Shown here one piece after another: positions 29,471 through 38,904 of a DNA stretch of 64,000 nt. The notes below the pieces were generated by a model, which made no database searches, was not told the origin of the DNA, and saw nothing but the letters and a program-made list of their open reading frames with translations. Each line of letters opens with the position of its first letter. Position 1 is the stretch's first letter. The stretch is from Planctomycetota bacterium. GTDB lineage: Bacteria; Planctomycetota; UBA11346. The stretch is taken from the NCBI GenBank assembly GCA_038231435.1, contig JBBRLJ010000005.1, positions 69,900 to 133,899 of the forward strand, written 5' to 3'. The position numbers and the translations under genes are program-made.

Positions 29471-30280
29471 ATGCCGCGCAAGCACACCGTGGAATCCGCT
29501 GCCGAGCCGCCGATCGCCCAGGCGCTCACGCGTGGGCTCGAGGTGCTGCGCCTGGTGGCGGAAGCCCAGGGTCCGCTGACCTCGACCGAGATCGCGCGCC
29601 GCGTCGGCCTGCACCAGAGCTGGGTGTCGCGCGTGCTCGGCACGCTGATCGATGCCGGCTACGTGCGCAAGCCGACCTACCATGGCTTCGCCGCCGACTA
29701 CGGCTTGCTCGCGCTCGGTGGCAACTCGCTGCGCCAGTTCCGCTATCTGACGCGGCCGCGCCAGGCGATGGCCGCGCTCGCGGCGCGCGCTCCCGGCATG
29801 GACGTCGCCTTGGCGACGTTGTGGCGCGACCAGCTCATCTATTTCTCGCGCAGCCAGAGCGGGCACGAACCGGTGCCGCTGTCGGTGGGCTTCCCGTTGC
29901 ACCTGTCGTCGGTGGCGCTGCGCCTGCTCATCGAGCGGCCGAAGCGCGAGGCGCTGTCGGCGCTCGCGGATTCACGGCGCCGTTACGGCTGGGAACGGCG
30001 CACGCCATCGGTGCCCGAGACCGGCGCGGCGGTGCTCGCGCACGCACGCGCGACGGTGCAGGAGGATTGCGTGGTGCTCGATGGCTACCTGCAGCCGGGG
30101 CATCTCGGCTGCGCGATCCCGATCACCGTCGCCGGCGAAGCTCCCGCCGCGCTGGCGCTCTCGGGACCGGCCGCCGCGCTGCCCATCGCGACGGTGCTCG
30201 AGCTCTTGCACGAAGGCCGCCGCGCCATCGAGGCGGCCATGAGCGGATCGGACCTGGAATCTTCGAAGGAACAGCCATGA
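29471..30280 (+). CDS. IclR family transcriptional regulator
   Basis: ALTRGLEVLRLVA...LTSTEIARRVGLHQSWVSRVLGTLIDAGYV; C-terminal PLHLSS, CAIPI, AALALSGP. Confidence 0.88.
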   Translation: MPRKHTVESAAEPPIAQALTRGLEVLRLVAEAQGPLTSTEIARRVGLHQSWVSRVLGTLIDAGYVRKPTYHGFAADYGLLALGGNSLRQFRYLTRPRQAMAALAARAPGMDVALATLWRDQLIYFSRSQSGHEPVPLSVGFPLHLSSVALRLLIERPKREALSALADSRRRYGWERRTPSVPETGAAVLAHARATVQEDCVVLDGYLQPGHLGCAIPITVAGEAPAALALSGPAAALPIATVLELLHEGRRAIEAAMSGSDLESSKEQP

Positions 30281-32607
30281 CCCACGCCACCATTCCCTCG
30301 TCAACCATCCCGCCATCCCAGCCCGCGCTGCGCCGAATCACGAGGAGCTACGATGTGGTGGTGTGCGGCGGCGGCATGGCCGGGATCGGCGCGGCCATCA
30401 CCGCGGCGCGCCACGGCGCCAAGGTCGCGCTGATCCAGGACTGCCCGGTGCTCGGGGGCAACGGCTCGAAGGAGGTGCGGGTGTGGCTGCAGGGGGCGAG
30501 CGGCGGCGCGAACGCGCTGTGGTTCCGCGAGACCGGCCTGATGGAGGAGCTGCTGCTCGAGAACCAGTTCCGCAACCAGTCCGGGCAATACGAGCTGTGG
30601 GACGCGGTGCTGCTCGACGCGGTGATCTCGCAGGCCGGTCTGGATCTGCACCTGAACACCGCGCTCTACGCCGTCACCATGGGCAGTGGCAAGGAGCTGG
30701 GGCGCATCGCCTCGGTCGATGCGCTGACGCTGCACAGCGAGACCATGACCACCTTCAGCGCGCCCATGTTCATCGATTGCACCGGCGACGGCACGCTCGG
30801 CTACCTCGCCGGCGCACCGTACATGACCGGCCGCGAGGCCAAGGGCGAGCACGGCGAATCCCTGGCGCCGGCGCAGCGCCAGGAGAACACCCTCGGCGGT
30901 TCGATCCTGTTCCTGGCGAAGGACATCGGCAAGCCGGTCGATTTCCACCCACCGTCGTTCGCGCACCGCTTCACCGAGAAGGATTTCCGCATGGGCCGCA
31001 ATCCCGTGTGGGAGTTCGACAAGATACGCGGCGGCTTCTGGTGGATCGAGTGGGGCGGCCAGCTCGACACCATCCACGACAACGAGGCGATCAAGCTCGA
31101 GCTCCTGCGCATCGCCTACGGCATCTTCGACTACCTGAAGAACGATCCGGCGCAGCGCGAGAAGAACCGCAACCTGACGCTCGAATGGGTCGGCACCATC
31201 CCCGGCAAGCGCGAGTCGCGGCGCTTCATCGGCGACCACGTGCTCACCGAGCAGGACGTGGTTGCGCGCGCGGACTTTCCCGACGCGATCGCCTTCGGCG
31301 GCTGGAATCTCGACGACCACGCGCCGCTGGGCTTCTTCGACGACGCGCATCCGCCGAGCACGCACACGCACATCCCCGGCACCTACAACATCCCGTTGCG
31401 CAGCCTGTACTCGAAGACCATCCCGAACCTGCTGTTCGCCGGCCGGGATGTGTCGGCCACCCATATCGCCCTGACCTCGGTGCGGGTGATGCTGACCTGC
31501 GCGCAGATGGGCGAGGCGGTGGGCGCCGCGGCGGCGATGTGCGCGCGCGAGGGATTGACGCCGCGCGAGATCGCGAACGGACCGCGCGTCGTGGCGCTGC
31601 GCGAACGTCTGCTGCGCGACGACCACCATGTCATCGGCGCGCGCAGCGACGATCCCGCCGATCTCGCGCGCCGGCCGGGCGCGCGCGCCACCGCGTCGTC
31701 GCAGCTCGAGGATCTCTCGCTCGACCAGCCCGACCGCGTCTTCGCACTCGACAAGGATCGCCTGCTGATGTTCCCGGCCTTCGCCGGGCCCCTGACTCAT
31801 ATCGACGTGCTGCTGACCGCGACCGAGGACACCACCCTGGCATGGCGACTGCATCGTGGCGATGGCCGCGGCCTGACCATTCCCGCGGGTCTGCGCGGAG
31901 AGGGCAGCGCGAAGCTCGCGCGGGGCGAGGCAGTGTGGACACGCATCCCGCTCGACGCAGTCATCCACGATACCGACTGGGGCATGATCGAGCTGATCAG
32001 GAATCCGCACATTTCGTGGCACGGCTGCGGCGCGCGGCGCGTCGGCATCAAGTCGTACGAGGAGTCCAACGACCAGTGGGGGAAGAACTCCAACCGCCAC
32101 TCGCGCTTCGGCTGCATGCGCGGCGAACGCAATTACTGCTTTCGGCTGCCCGCTGAGCCTCAAGCCTACGGGCCGGCGAACGCCATCGATGGTTACGCGC
32201 GGCCCTTCCTGTCGCCGAGCCTGTGGATCTCGCGCGCGAGCGACTTCGCACGTCCCGAATGGCTGCTGGTCGAGCTCGCGCAGCCCGCTCCGATCAACGA
32301 AGTATCGCTGCTTTTCGATGCAGACCTCGATCGCCACCTGGTGAATGCGTGGATCGCGGCGCCGCACGCCGTCGAGCCCGACCTGGTCAAGGACTACGAT
32401 CTCGAAGTCCGCTCCGAGGGCCGCTGGTCGACGGTCGCCGAGGTGCGCGCGAACCATCTACGCCTACGCTCCCACGTGTTGGCACAGGCGATAACGGGCG
32501 ACGCGGTGCGGCTGGTGGTGCGCGCCACCAACGGCACGCCGCGCGCGCAGGTTTACGCGCTACGCGTCTACGGCAGCTCCGGTTCGAACTCTGGCTCCGT
32601 CGTCTGA
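30277..32607 (+). CDS. FAD-dependent oxidoreductase (FAD_oxidored-type) with C-terminal discoidin/F5-8-like domain
   Basis: DVVVCGGGMAG, LGGNGSKE, FIDCTGDG, GKRESRRFIGD, YNIPLRSLYS, FAGR; ATGA overlap with IclR. Confidence 0.88.
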   Translation: MTHATIPSSTIPPSQPALRRITRSYDVVVCGGGMAGIGAAITAARHGAKVALIQDCPVLGGNGSKEVRVWLQGASGGANALWFRETGLMEELLLENQFRNQSGQYELWDAVLLDAVISQAGLDLHLNTALYAVTMGSGKELGRIASVDALTLHSETMTTFSAPMFIDCTGDGTLGYLAGAPYMTGREAKGEHGESLAPAQRQENTLGGSILFLAKDIGKPVDFHPPSFAHRFTEKDFRMGRNPVWEFDKIRGGFWWIEWGGQLDTIHDNEAIKLELLRIAYGIFDYLKNDPAQREKNRNLTLEWVGTIPGKRESRRFIGDHVLTEQDVVARADFPDAIAFGGWNLDDHAPLGFFDDAHPPSTHTHIPGTYNIPLRSLYSKTIPNLLFAGRDVSATHIALTSVRVMLTCAQMGEAVGAAAAMCAREGLTPREIANGPRVVALRERLLRDDHHVIGARSDDPADLARRPGARATASSQLEDLSLDQPDRVFALDKDRLLMFPAFAGPLTHIDVLLTATEDTTLAWRLHRGDGRGLTIPAGLRGEGSAKLARGEAVWTRIPLDAVIHDTDWGMIELIRNPHISWHGCGARRVGIKSYEESNDQWGKNSNRHSRFGCMRGERNYCFRLPAEPQAYGPANAIDGYARPFLSPSLWISRASDFARPEWLLVELAQPAPINEVSLLFDADLDRHLVNAWIAAPHAVEPDLVKDYDLEVRSEGRWSTVAEVRANHLRLRSHVLAQAITGDAVRLVVRATNGTPRAQVYALRVYGSSGSNSGSVV

Positions 32608-32868
32608 TCGCGAGACGCGCTCTACATCCACAATGTCCACATTATCCACGATGTCCGTGTCGCGCGCCACGGTGCGCTGGTCCATCATCAGCGGACGAGG
32701 CTTGCGATGATGCTCATGGCCGAAGACGGCCAGCAGCAGACCAGCTGGGATGAGCAGGATGCCGATCGCTGCATCGAGCGCGAGCATGCCGAAGCCGAGC
32801 AGCATGACGTACATGCCGATCAGCGCCGCTCCATGCGTCGCCATGCCAGGGCGAGGATGATACCACAT
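32560..32868 (-). CDS. Small membrane protein (two TM helices)
   Basis: AAGGAGG upstream of ATG 32868; two hydrophobic segments; 3' end overlaps the oxidoreductase end by 48 bp. Confidence 0.6.
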   Translation of the reverse strand: MWYHPRPGMATHGAALIGMYVMLLGFGMLALDAAIGILLIPAGLLLAVFGHEHHRKPRPLMMDQRTVARDTDIVDNVDIVDVERVSRSDDGARVRTGAAVDA

Positions 32869-33018
32869 GCGGACCTCCTTGGATGTCAGGCGTCTAGCAC
32901 CACATCCCATTTTACAGCGGTCGGTCGCGTTCCCGCGCATTTCCTATCGAGCTCGACACAACCGCTGGCTGGTTCGGCGTCCGCCGCCATATCTCCCTTA
33001 TCCCCGCTTCCCAGGGGG

Positions 33019-34602
33019 TCAGGCCGGCAGGCCGTTAGAAGGGGGGCCGTAGCCCCCCTTGATGAAGCCCCTGATGAAATACGCAGGGGTGCAGCTCCAC
33101 GCATGGCAATAACTGTTGAGGTGATGCGAGCGGTAGGGGGACAGGCGCTGGTCGGCCGGATCGAATACTTCCCAGAAGGTCGTGGCTCCCAGCGCGATCA
33201 TCGCTCCCCAATAGGAACGCAGCAGCGCCAGCGCTTCGCGCTCTAGGCCACAGATGAGCATGGCCTCGACCACGTGGTGCCACAGGTACGGCCCGGCGGG
33301 CCTGAGGGCCGTTGGGTCTGCCTCGAGTGCGCGGAACGCGTGCGCGCCCTCGGCCGGCGTCATCACCCCGCCAATTACCAGCCAGGCCTGCGACGCCCAC
33401 GATACCTGGCGCTTCGCGCCACTGACGAACAGCCCGGTGGCGGGATCGAGCAGCTGCGCGCGCGCGGCGGCGGCCATGCGCGGCGCGAGCCCGGGCAGGT
33501 GCGCGACCTCGGCCTCGCGGCCGATCAGGCGCGCCAGTTCCAGCGTGCGCCGCACCGCGTAGCAGAGCACGCCGTGGATCGCCGCCTGCTTGTCGAGGCC
33601 GTCCTTCCAGTCGATGAACAGCCACCAGTTGCCCGGGTCGACGAACAGCCCGTCGGCGTTCAGATGCGCGAGTGCGAACTCGAGCTGTGTCTTCGCGACC
33701 GGCCAGAGATCGCGCGCGGTCTCGAGATCGCGGCTGGCATGCGCGTAGTCGAGGAGGATCGCCGGAAAGAGTGCGGTGTAGTCGAGGATGAACTCGTGGC
33801 CCCTGGTCGGCTCGGGGGTCTCGAACACGCAGGCCGGCACCAGTCCGTCGGCGCGCGCGAGGCCCGCGAACAGGTACAGGCAGCGCTTCACCAGCGTGGT
33901 GTCGCCGAACGACGCATAGTTGGTCAACGCCTGCAGACGCAGGTCGCCGCTCCACAGCCGGCGATCGCGCTTCGGCCCGTCCTCGAACACGGTCTGCATG
34001 CAGTTGGCGAGCGTGCGCAGGCTGACGCGGTCGAGCGCGACCACCTCCGCGGGCGTGCCACTCGGAAGCGGCGGTGGCGTCGCGCCCGCCGAGGTGACGC
34101 TCTCGCAGACGACGGCATCGATCCGGATGCGGTAGTTCGGTGAGGTGTCGACGACCTCGATGCGCAGGTAGCGGAAGGCGTAGCGGCGGGGCAGGGTCAG
34201 TGGGCCGGCGATCGCGTCGATGGTCACCACCTCGTCTTGCAGCCAGGCGCGGCTGAGCTGGCCGGTGAAGGGATCGAACGGCTCGCAGACCTCCGCTGGC
34301 ACTTCGCCGAACACCAGCTTGAGCCGCAGCGGCGCGTCCATGGCGCGGCCGACCGGCTCCAGATGCAGGCGCAGATAGCCGACCAGGTGTTCGCCGAAAT
34401 CGAGGGTCGCGTGGTCGCCGCGTGCGAGGGTGCGCGTGGCCAGCTGGCTGGCGGGACCGGCATCGTCGAGCCGCCAACCCTGGAAGGCTTCCGGATCCGC
34501 GACCGGAGCGACCTGGCGCAGTGCCGGACGATCGACTCGGACGAGGCGGGGCAGGAGCGCCTGGGCGGTAGCCAGGTAACAGGCGCGTGTCGGGTCGGTC
34601 AT
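33019..34602 (-). CDS. Alpha-L-rhamnosidase-like glycoside hydrolase (GH78-type six-hairpin), no signal peptide
   Basis: LDFGEH, FEDGPKRDRRLWSGD, FIDW, GATTFWE, SYCHAWS. Confidence 0.88.
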   Translation of the reverse strand: MTDPTRACYLATAQALLPRLVRVDRPALRQVAPVADPEAFQGWRLDDAGPASQLATRTLARGDHATLDFGEHLVGYLRLHLEPVGRAMDAPLRLKLVFGEVPAEVCEPFDPFTGQLSRAWLQDEVVTIDAIAGPLTLPRRYAFRYLRIEVVDTSPNYRIRIDAVVCESVTSAGATPPPLPSGTPAEVVALDRVSLRTLANCMQTVFEDGPKRDRRLWSGDLRLQALTNYASFGDTTLVKRCLYLFAGLARADGLVPACVFETPEPTRGHEFILDYTALFPAILLDYAHASRDLETARDLWPVAKTQLEFALAHLNADGLFVDPGNWWLFIDWKDGLDKQAAIHGVLCYAVRRTLELARLIGREAEVAHLPGLAPRMAAAARAQLLDPATGLFVSGAKRQVSWASQAWLVIGGVMTPAEGAHAFRALEADPTALRPAGPYLWHHVVEAMLICGLEREALALLRSYWGAMIALGATTFWEVFDPADQRLSPYRSHHLNSYCHAWSCTPAYFIRGFIKGGYGPPSNGLPA

Positions 34603-34871
34603 GCCCGCGACGGGATTCGGCCGGCGGTCGCTGTCAACCCAGGTCGGGAGCGGGGCCCGACGCCCTCCTATCGCAAACGATACTCATTAACGAAAGCGGC
34701 GATCGTCCGATGCATGGATGTAGCCATAAGGCACTGCAAACCATCATTCCAAGCATGTTTCCTCTGGAGTCGTCCGGAGGGGATCTTATAAGCCCTCGCT
34801 CGCCGAAAAGCTGGTTTTCACGGTCTCCGAGCGTCCACAGCACCCCAGATTCCACCACGGAGAGGCTCCCC

Positions 34872-35312
34872 ATGGATGCGCCTGGCACTTTCGCCACCTC
34901 CGCGCCTGCTTCAGGGCCGACGCCCCCCGGTCCGACGTATTTCGACACCGTCTACCCGCTGACCGTCCTCATCCTGCTCGGCTTGGCGATCCCGACCCTG
35001 CTGATGACGGTCAACATCTTCGCCAGCCGCTGGGTGCACGGCACCCGCAACAGCAATCCCGGCAAGCTCGAGCCGTACGAATCCGGCCTGCCGGTGTCGG
35101 TCGGCAGCTCGGGCGAGAAATTCAGCATCCGCTTCTATCTGATCGCGATGCTGTTCCTCGCCTTCGACATCGAAGTCGCGTTCCTCTACCCGTGGGCCTA
35201 CCAGTTCAAGAGTGGCGGGTGGGAGATGGTCTGGCTGCTGGTCGTATTCCTGGTGCTGCTCGAAGTCGGTTACCTCTACTTGTACAAGAAGGGTGCGCTG
35301 GATTGGGAGTAG
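34872..35312 (+). CDS. nuoA: NADH-quinone oxidoreductase subunit A
   Basis: KLEPYESG, RFYLIAMLFLAFDIEVAFLYPWA, KKGALDWE. Confidence 0.95.
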   Translation: MDAPGTFATSAPASGPTPPGPTYFDTVYPLTVLILLGLAIPTLLMTVNIFASRWVHGTRNSNPGKLEPYESGLPVSVGSSGEKFSIRFYLIAMLFLAFDIEVAFLYPWAYQFKSGGWEMVWLLVVFLVLLEVGYLYLYKKGALDWE

Positions 35313-35382
35313 CTAGCCGTTCCCTCCCTTTTCCGCGCTGGGGATCGTTCTCGCGCGGCCTGCTCGCCCAAGGCACAACCCC

Positions 35383-35901
35383 ATGACTTTCAAGCCCGTA
35401 CCCGCAGCCGTAACGCCCGACAACAGCATGGGCGATGCCTTCATCACCACGCGCGTCGACGCGGTCATCAATTGGGGCCGCCGCAACAGCCTGTGGCCGT
35501 TCCCGTTCGGCACCGCCTGCTGCGCGATCGAATTCATGGGCGTGGTCAGCTCGATGTTCGACATCAGCCGCTTCGGTGCCGAGCTGGTGCGCTTCAGCCC
35601 GCGCCAAGCCGACCTGATCATCATCGCCGGTACCGTCACCTACAAGCAGGCCCCGGTGCTGCGCCGCATCTATGAGCAGATGTGCGAGCCGAAGTGGGTG
35701 ATCTCGGCCGGTGCCTGCGCGACCTCGGGCGGCTTCTACGACTGCTACTGCACCGTGCCCGGCATCGATGAGATCATCCCCGTCGACATCTACATCGCCG
35801 GCTGCCCGCCGCGGCCCGAGGCCTTTCTCGAGGCGATCGTCCAGCTGCAGAACAAGATCGAACGCGAGAACCGCGTCGAGCAGAAGGCGGTGGGCGCATG
35901 A
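35383..35901 (+). CDS. nuoB: NADH-quinone oxidoreductase subunit B
   Basis: GTACCAIE, SPRQAD, GACATSGG, GCPPRPE. Confidence 0.97.
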   Translation: MTFKPVPAAVTPDNSMGDAFITTRVDAVINWGRRNSLWPFPFGTACCAIEFMGVVSSMFDISRFGAELVRFSPRQADLIIIAGTVTYKQAPVLRRIYEQMCEPKWVISAGACATSGGFYDCYCTVPGIDEIIPVDIYIAGCPPRPEAFLEAIVQLQNKIERENRVEQKAVGA

Positions 35902-36659
35902 CCTCCGTCGGTGGCGTTCCCTACCACTCGTCCAAGAACGACATCGTCGATACGGCCAAGCCGTGGATGCGCGAGGCGATGAAGCCCGGTCTGACCGACG
36001 AGCAGCTGGTTAGCGCGCTGCAGCTCTTCGGCCTGCGCCGCGACACCAAGGATCGCTGGAACCTGACGCTCGTGCTCGCCGCCGGCGACGCGCGCTCGAA
36101 GCTGCGCGACCTGGTCTCGTTCCTGCGCGATGACCAGTCGCTGCGCATGAACACCCTGCTCGACATCTCGGCCATCGACTATCTCAGCTATCCCAACCAC
36201 CGCGGGCCGCGCTTCGCTCTGGTCTACCTCTTCAAGAGCCTCGAGTTCCGCCATCGCGTGATGATCAAGGTCGAGGTCGAGGAGGACGACGCCCGGCTGC
36301 CGTCGATCCACGACCTCTATCGCATCGCCGACTGGACCGAGCGCGAAGTCTGGGACCAGATGGGCATCGTCTTCACCGGCCATCCCAATCTCAAGCGCAT
36401 CCTCAACCATCACGAGTTCGTCGGCCACCCGCTGCGCAAGGACTACCCCTGCCAGAAACGGCAGAAGCTGTCGATCAACGATCCCATGGTCGACCAACTC
36501 GAGGCCCGCCTGCGCGAGCTCGGCTACACCGTGGTCGAGAGCGGCGAGGTCCACCTGGGCAAGCCGATCGCAGCGAAGCACCAGAGCGCCGCCGAGCAGG
36601 GCCAGGTCGACAGGCCGCGCGCCAAGTCCGAGGGCGCCATCGGCGCCGGGGGTCTCTGA
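35898..36659 (+). CDS. nuoC: NADH-quinone oxidoreductase subunit C
   Basis: ADWTEREVWDQMGIVFTGHPNLKRIL...GHPLRKDYP. Confidence 0.95.
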   Translation: MTSVGGVPYHSSKNDIVDTAKPWMREAMKPGLTDEQLVSALQLFGLRRDTKDRWNLTLVLAAGDARSKLRDLVSFLRDDQSLRMNTLLDISAIDYLSYPNHRGPRFALVYLFKSLEFRHRVMIKVEVEEDDARLPSIHDLYRIADWTEREVWDQMGIVFTGHPNLKRILNHHEFVGHPLRKDYPCQKRQKLSINDPMVDQLEARLRELGYTVVESGEVHLGKPIAAKHQSAAEQGQVDRPRAKSEGAIGAGGL

Positions 36660-37852
36660 TGAAAGTGCTGACCCGCGCCAACGAGCCCCAGGACCTGATG
36701 ACGGTCAACATCGGACCGAGCCATCCGGCGACGCACGGAACGCTGCGCATCTTCGCGGCGCTCGACGGCGAGACCATCGAGGCCGCCGCCTGCGAGATGG
36801 GCTACCTGCACCGCGGCTTCGAGAAGATGGTCGAGCAGGGCACCTACACCATGGTGCTGCCGTACACCGACCGCCTGAACTACTGCAGCGCGATGATCAA
36901 CAACATCGGCTTCTGCAAGGCCGTCGAGAAGATGTTCAACGTGACGGTGCCCGAGCGCTGCATCACGCTGCGCGTCGTGCTGATGGAGCTGTCGCGCATC
37001 ATCGACCACATGGTCTGCGTGTGTACGAACCTGGTCGATCTCGGCGCGCTGACCAACTTCTGGTACTTCTTCAATACCCGCGAAGAGGTCTACAAGATCT
37101 GGGAGAAGCTCTGCGGCCAGCGCCTGACCAACACCGTCACGCGCATCGGCGGCATGTACCGTGACGCCTACGTCGGCTTCGAGGATGACGTGCGCAAGGT
37201 GCTGACGCGCATCGAGGCCTCGGTCGCCGAGGTCCGCGGTCTGGTCGAGCACAACAAGATCTTCATCGACCGCACCAAGGACGTGTGTGTGGTCTCGGCC
37301 GCCGAGGCGATCAGCTACGGCTGGACCGGCCCATGCCTGCGCGCCTCGGGCGTCGACCGCGACCTGCGCAAGGACGAGCCGTACTACGGCTACGAGACCT
37401 ACCAGTTCGACACCGTCGTCGGCACCACCGGCGATACCTTCGACCGCATCATGATCCGCATGTACGAGATCCTGGAATCGGTGTCGATCTGCCGCCAGGG
37501 GCTCGATCGCCTCAAGCCTGGTCCGGTGAACACCGCCGACGCACGCCTGTCGCTGCCGGATCGCGACCACGTCTACCACGACATGGAAGCGCTCATCAAC
37601 AGCTTCAAGCTGATCTACGAAGGCGTGCGCCCGCCTCCGGGAGAGTGCTATGACGCGGTCGAGGCCGCCAACGGCGAACTCGGTTTCCACATCGTCTCCG
37701 ACGGCGGCACCAATCCGTACCGCATCAAGGTGCGCCCGCCCTGTTTCACGCAGTACGCCGCGTTCGGCGGCATGCTCGAGGGCGAGATGCTCGCGGACGC
37801 CGCTGCCACACTGGGTTCCATCAACATCATTGCCGGAGAGCTCGACCGATGA
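36659..37852 (+). CDS. nuoD: NADH-quinone oxidoreductase subunit D
   Basis: NIGPSHPATHGTLR, GYLHRGFEK, DRLNY, terminal GELDR. Confidence 0.97.
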   Translation: MKVLTRANEPQDLMTVNIGPSHPATHGTLRIFAALDGETIEAAACEMGYLHRGFEKMVEQGTYTMVLPYTDRLNYCSAMINNIGFCKAVEKMFNVTVPERCITLRVVLMELSRIIDHMVCVCTNLVDLGALTNFWYFFNTREEVYKIWEKLCGQRLTNTVTRIGGMYRDAYVGFEDDVRKVLTRIEASVAEVRGLVEHNKIFIDRTKDVCVVSAAEAISYGWTGPCLRASGVDRDLRKDEPYYGYETYQFDTVVGTTGDTFDRIMIRMYEILESVSICRQGLDRLKPGPVNTADARLSLPDRDHVYHDMEALINSFKLIYEGVRPPPGECYDAVEAANGELGFHIVSDGGTNPYRIKVRPPCFTQYAAFGGMLEGEMLADAAATLGSINIIAGELDR

Positions 37853-38901
37853 GCGCGGCCGCCTGCGTCAATCCCGCCACGATCCAACCCGCAGACCTCA
37901 CGGTCGCGATGGTGCGTGAGCGGATGAAGAAGTTCCAGCCGCAGATCGAGGAATTGTGGCGCCGCTACCCGGTGAAGCGCGCCGTGCTTCTCCAGGTGCT
38001 GTGGCTGCTGCAGGAGGAATACGGCTGGGTGCCGCGCGTCGGCATCGAATGGGCCGCCGAGATCTCGGCGGTGAGCCCGGCGCACGCTTACGGCGTGGTC
38101 GAATTCTACACGATGTACAAGCAGGCTCCGACGGGCCGCTACCTGATCCAGGTCTGCCAGACCATGTGCTGCCAGATCTACGGCGCCGAGGATCTGATCG
38201 CGCATCTCGAGAAGTCGCTCGCCATCCAGTCCGGTGAGACCACCAAGGACGGGCTCTTCACCCTGGTGCGCGTCGAGTGCCTGGCGCTGTGCGGCACCGG
38301 ACCGGGCGTGCTGATCAACGACGAGGCGATCGGCCCCGAGCGCTTCGAGGCGCTGCCAGAGAGCTTCCATCCCAAGGCCGCCGATCTCGATCGGTGGATC
38401 GCGAAGCTGCGCGCCGAGGCCGCGCGCACGCCGGCTCTCAAGGTCGATCCGCTCGGCGGCATCGTGCTGAACACCAAGGGACATCCGGGAGCCGTCGGCG
38501 CCAGCGCGCAGCCGCAGATGGCCGCGTACGCGCCGGCGCCGCCCGCGCTCAAGGTCGCGGCGGTCGCGACTGGGGACAACATCGCCATCACCTGGGCCAA
38601 CGCGCCCGAGTGCCTCAAGCTGGTGGTGCAGCGCTCGGACGACAGCGGTGCCAGCTGGCGCGACATCGCCAGCGTCGGTCCGCGCGACCAGAAGGCTGCC
38701 GACAAGCTGCACGAGGGCCAGACCGCGCAGTACCGCGTGCTCGCGCACGAGAAGGATCGCGCGGCCAAGCCCAGCGCGATCGTCAACGCCACTGGCAAGC
38801 CGCCCGCACCGCCCGCGCCGCAACCCGGAGCCGCTTCCGCGCCGCTGCCTGGCGCCACGCCGTCGCCCTCCGCCGCCAATCCGCCGCCAGGAAAGGCCTA
38901 A
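37849..38901 (+). CDS. nuoE: NADH-quinone oxidoreductase subunit E with long C-terminal extension
   Basis: FYTMY, VCQTMC and ECLALC 2Fe-2S ligands; 350 aa. Confidence 0.93.
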   Translation: MSAAACVNPATIQPADLTVAMVRERMKKFQPQIEELWRRYPVKRAVLLQVLWLLQEEYGWVPRVGIEWAAEISAVSPAHAYGVVEFYTMYKQAPTGRYLIQVCQTMCCQIYGAEDLIAHLEKSLAIQSGETTKDGLFTLVRVECLALCGTGPGVLINDEAIGPERFEALPESFHPKAADLDRWIAKLRAEAARTPALKVDPLGGIVLNTKGHPGAVGASAQPQMAAYAPAPPALKVAAVATGDNIAITWANAPECLKLVVQRSDDSGASWRDIASVGPRDQKAADKLHEGQTAQYRVLAHEKDRAAKPSAIVNATGKPPAPPAPQPGAASAPLPGATPSPSAANPPPGKA

Positions 38902-38904
38902 GCC

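Noticed and set aside
34603..34871. Possible riboswitch or ncRNA upstream of nuoA
   Set aside because: No recognisable aptamer or strong structure; consistent with a divergent promoter region
36657..36661. nuoC/nuoD TGATG junction as a frameshifted nuoCD fusion
   Set aside because: Ordinary translational coupling; the same overlap occurs at narK/nasA and at 53973-53977
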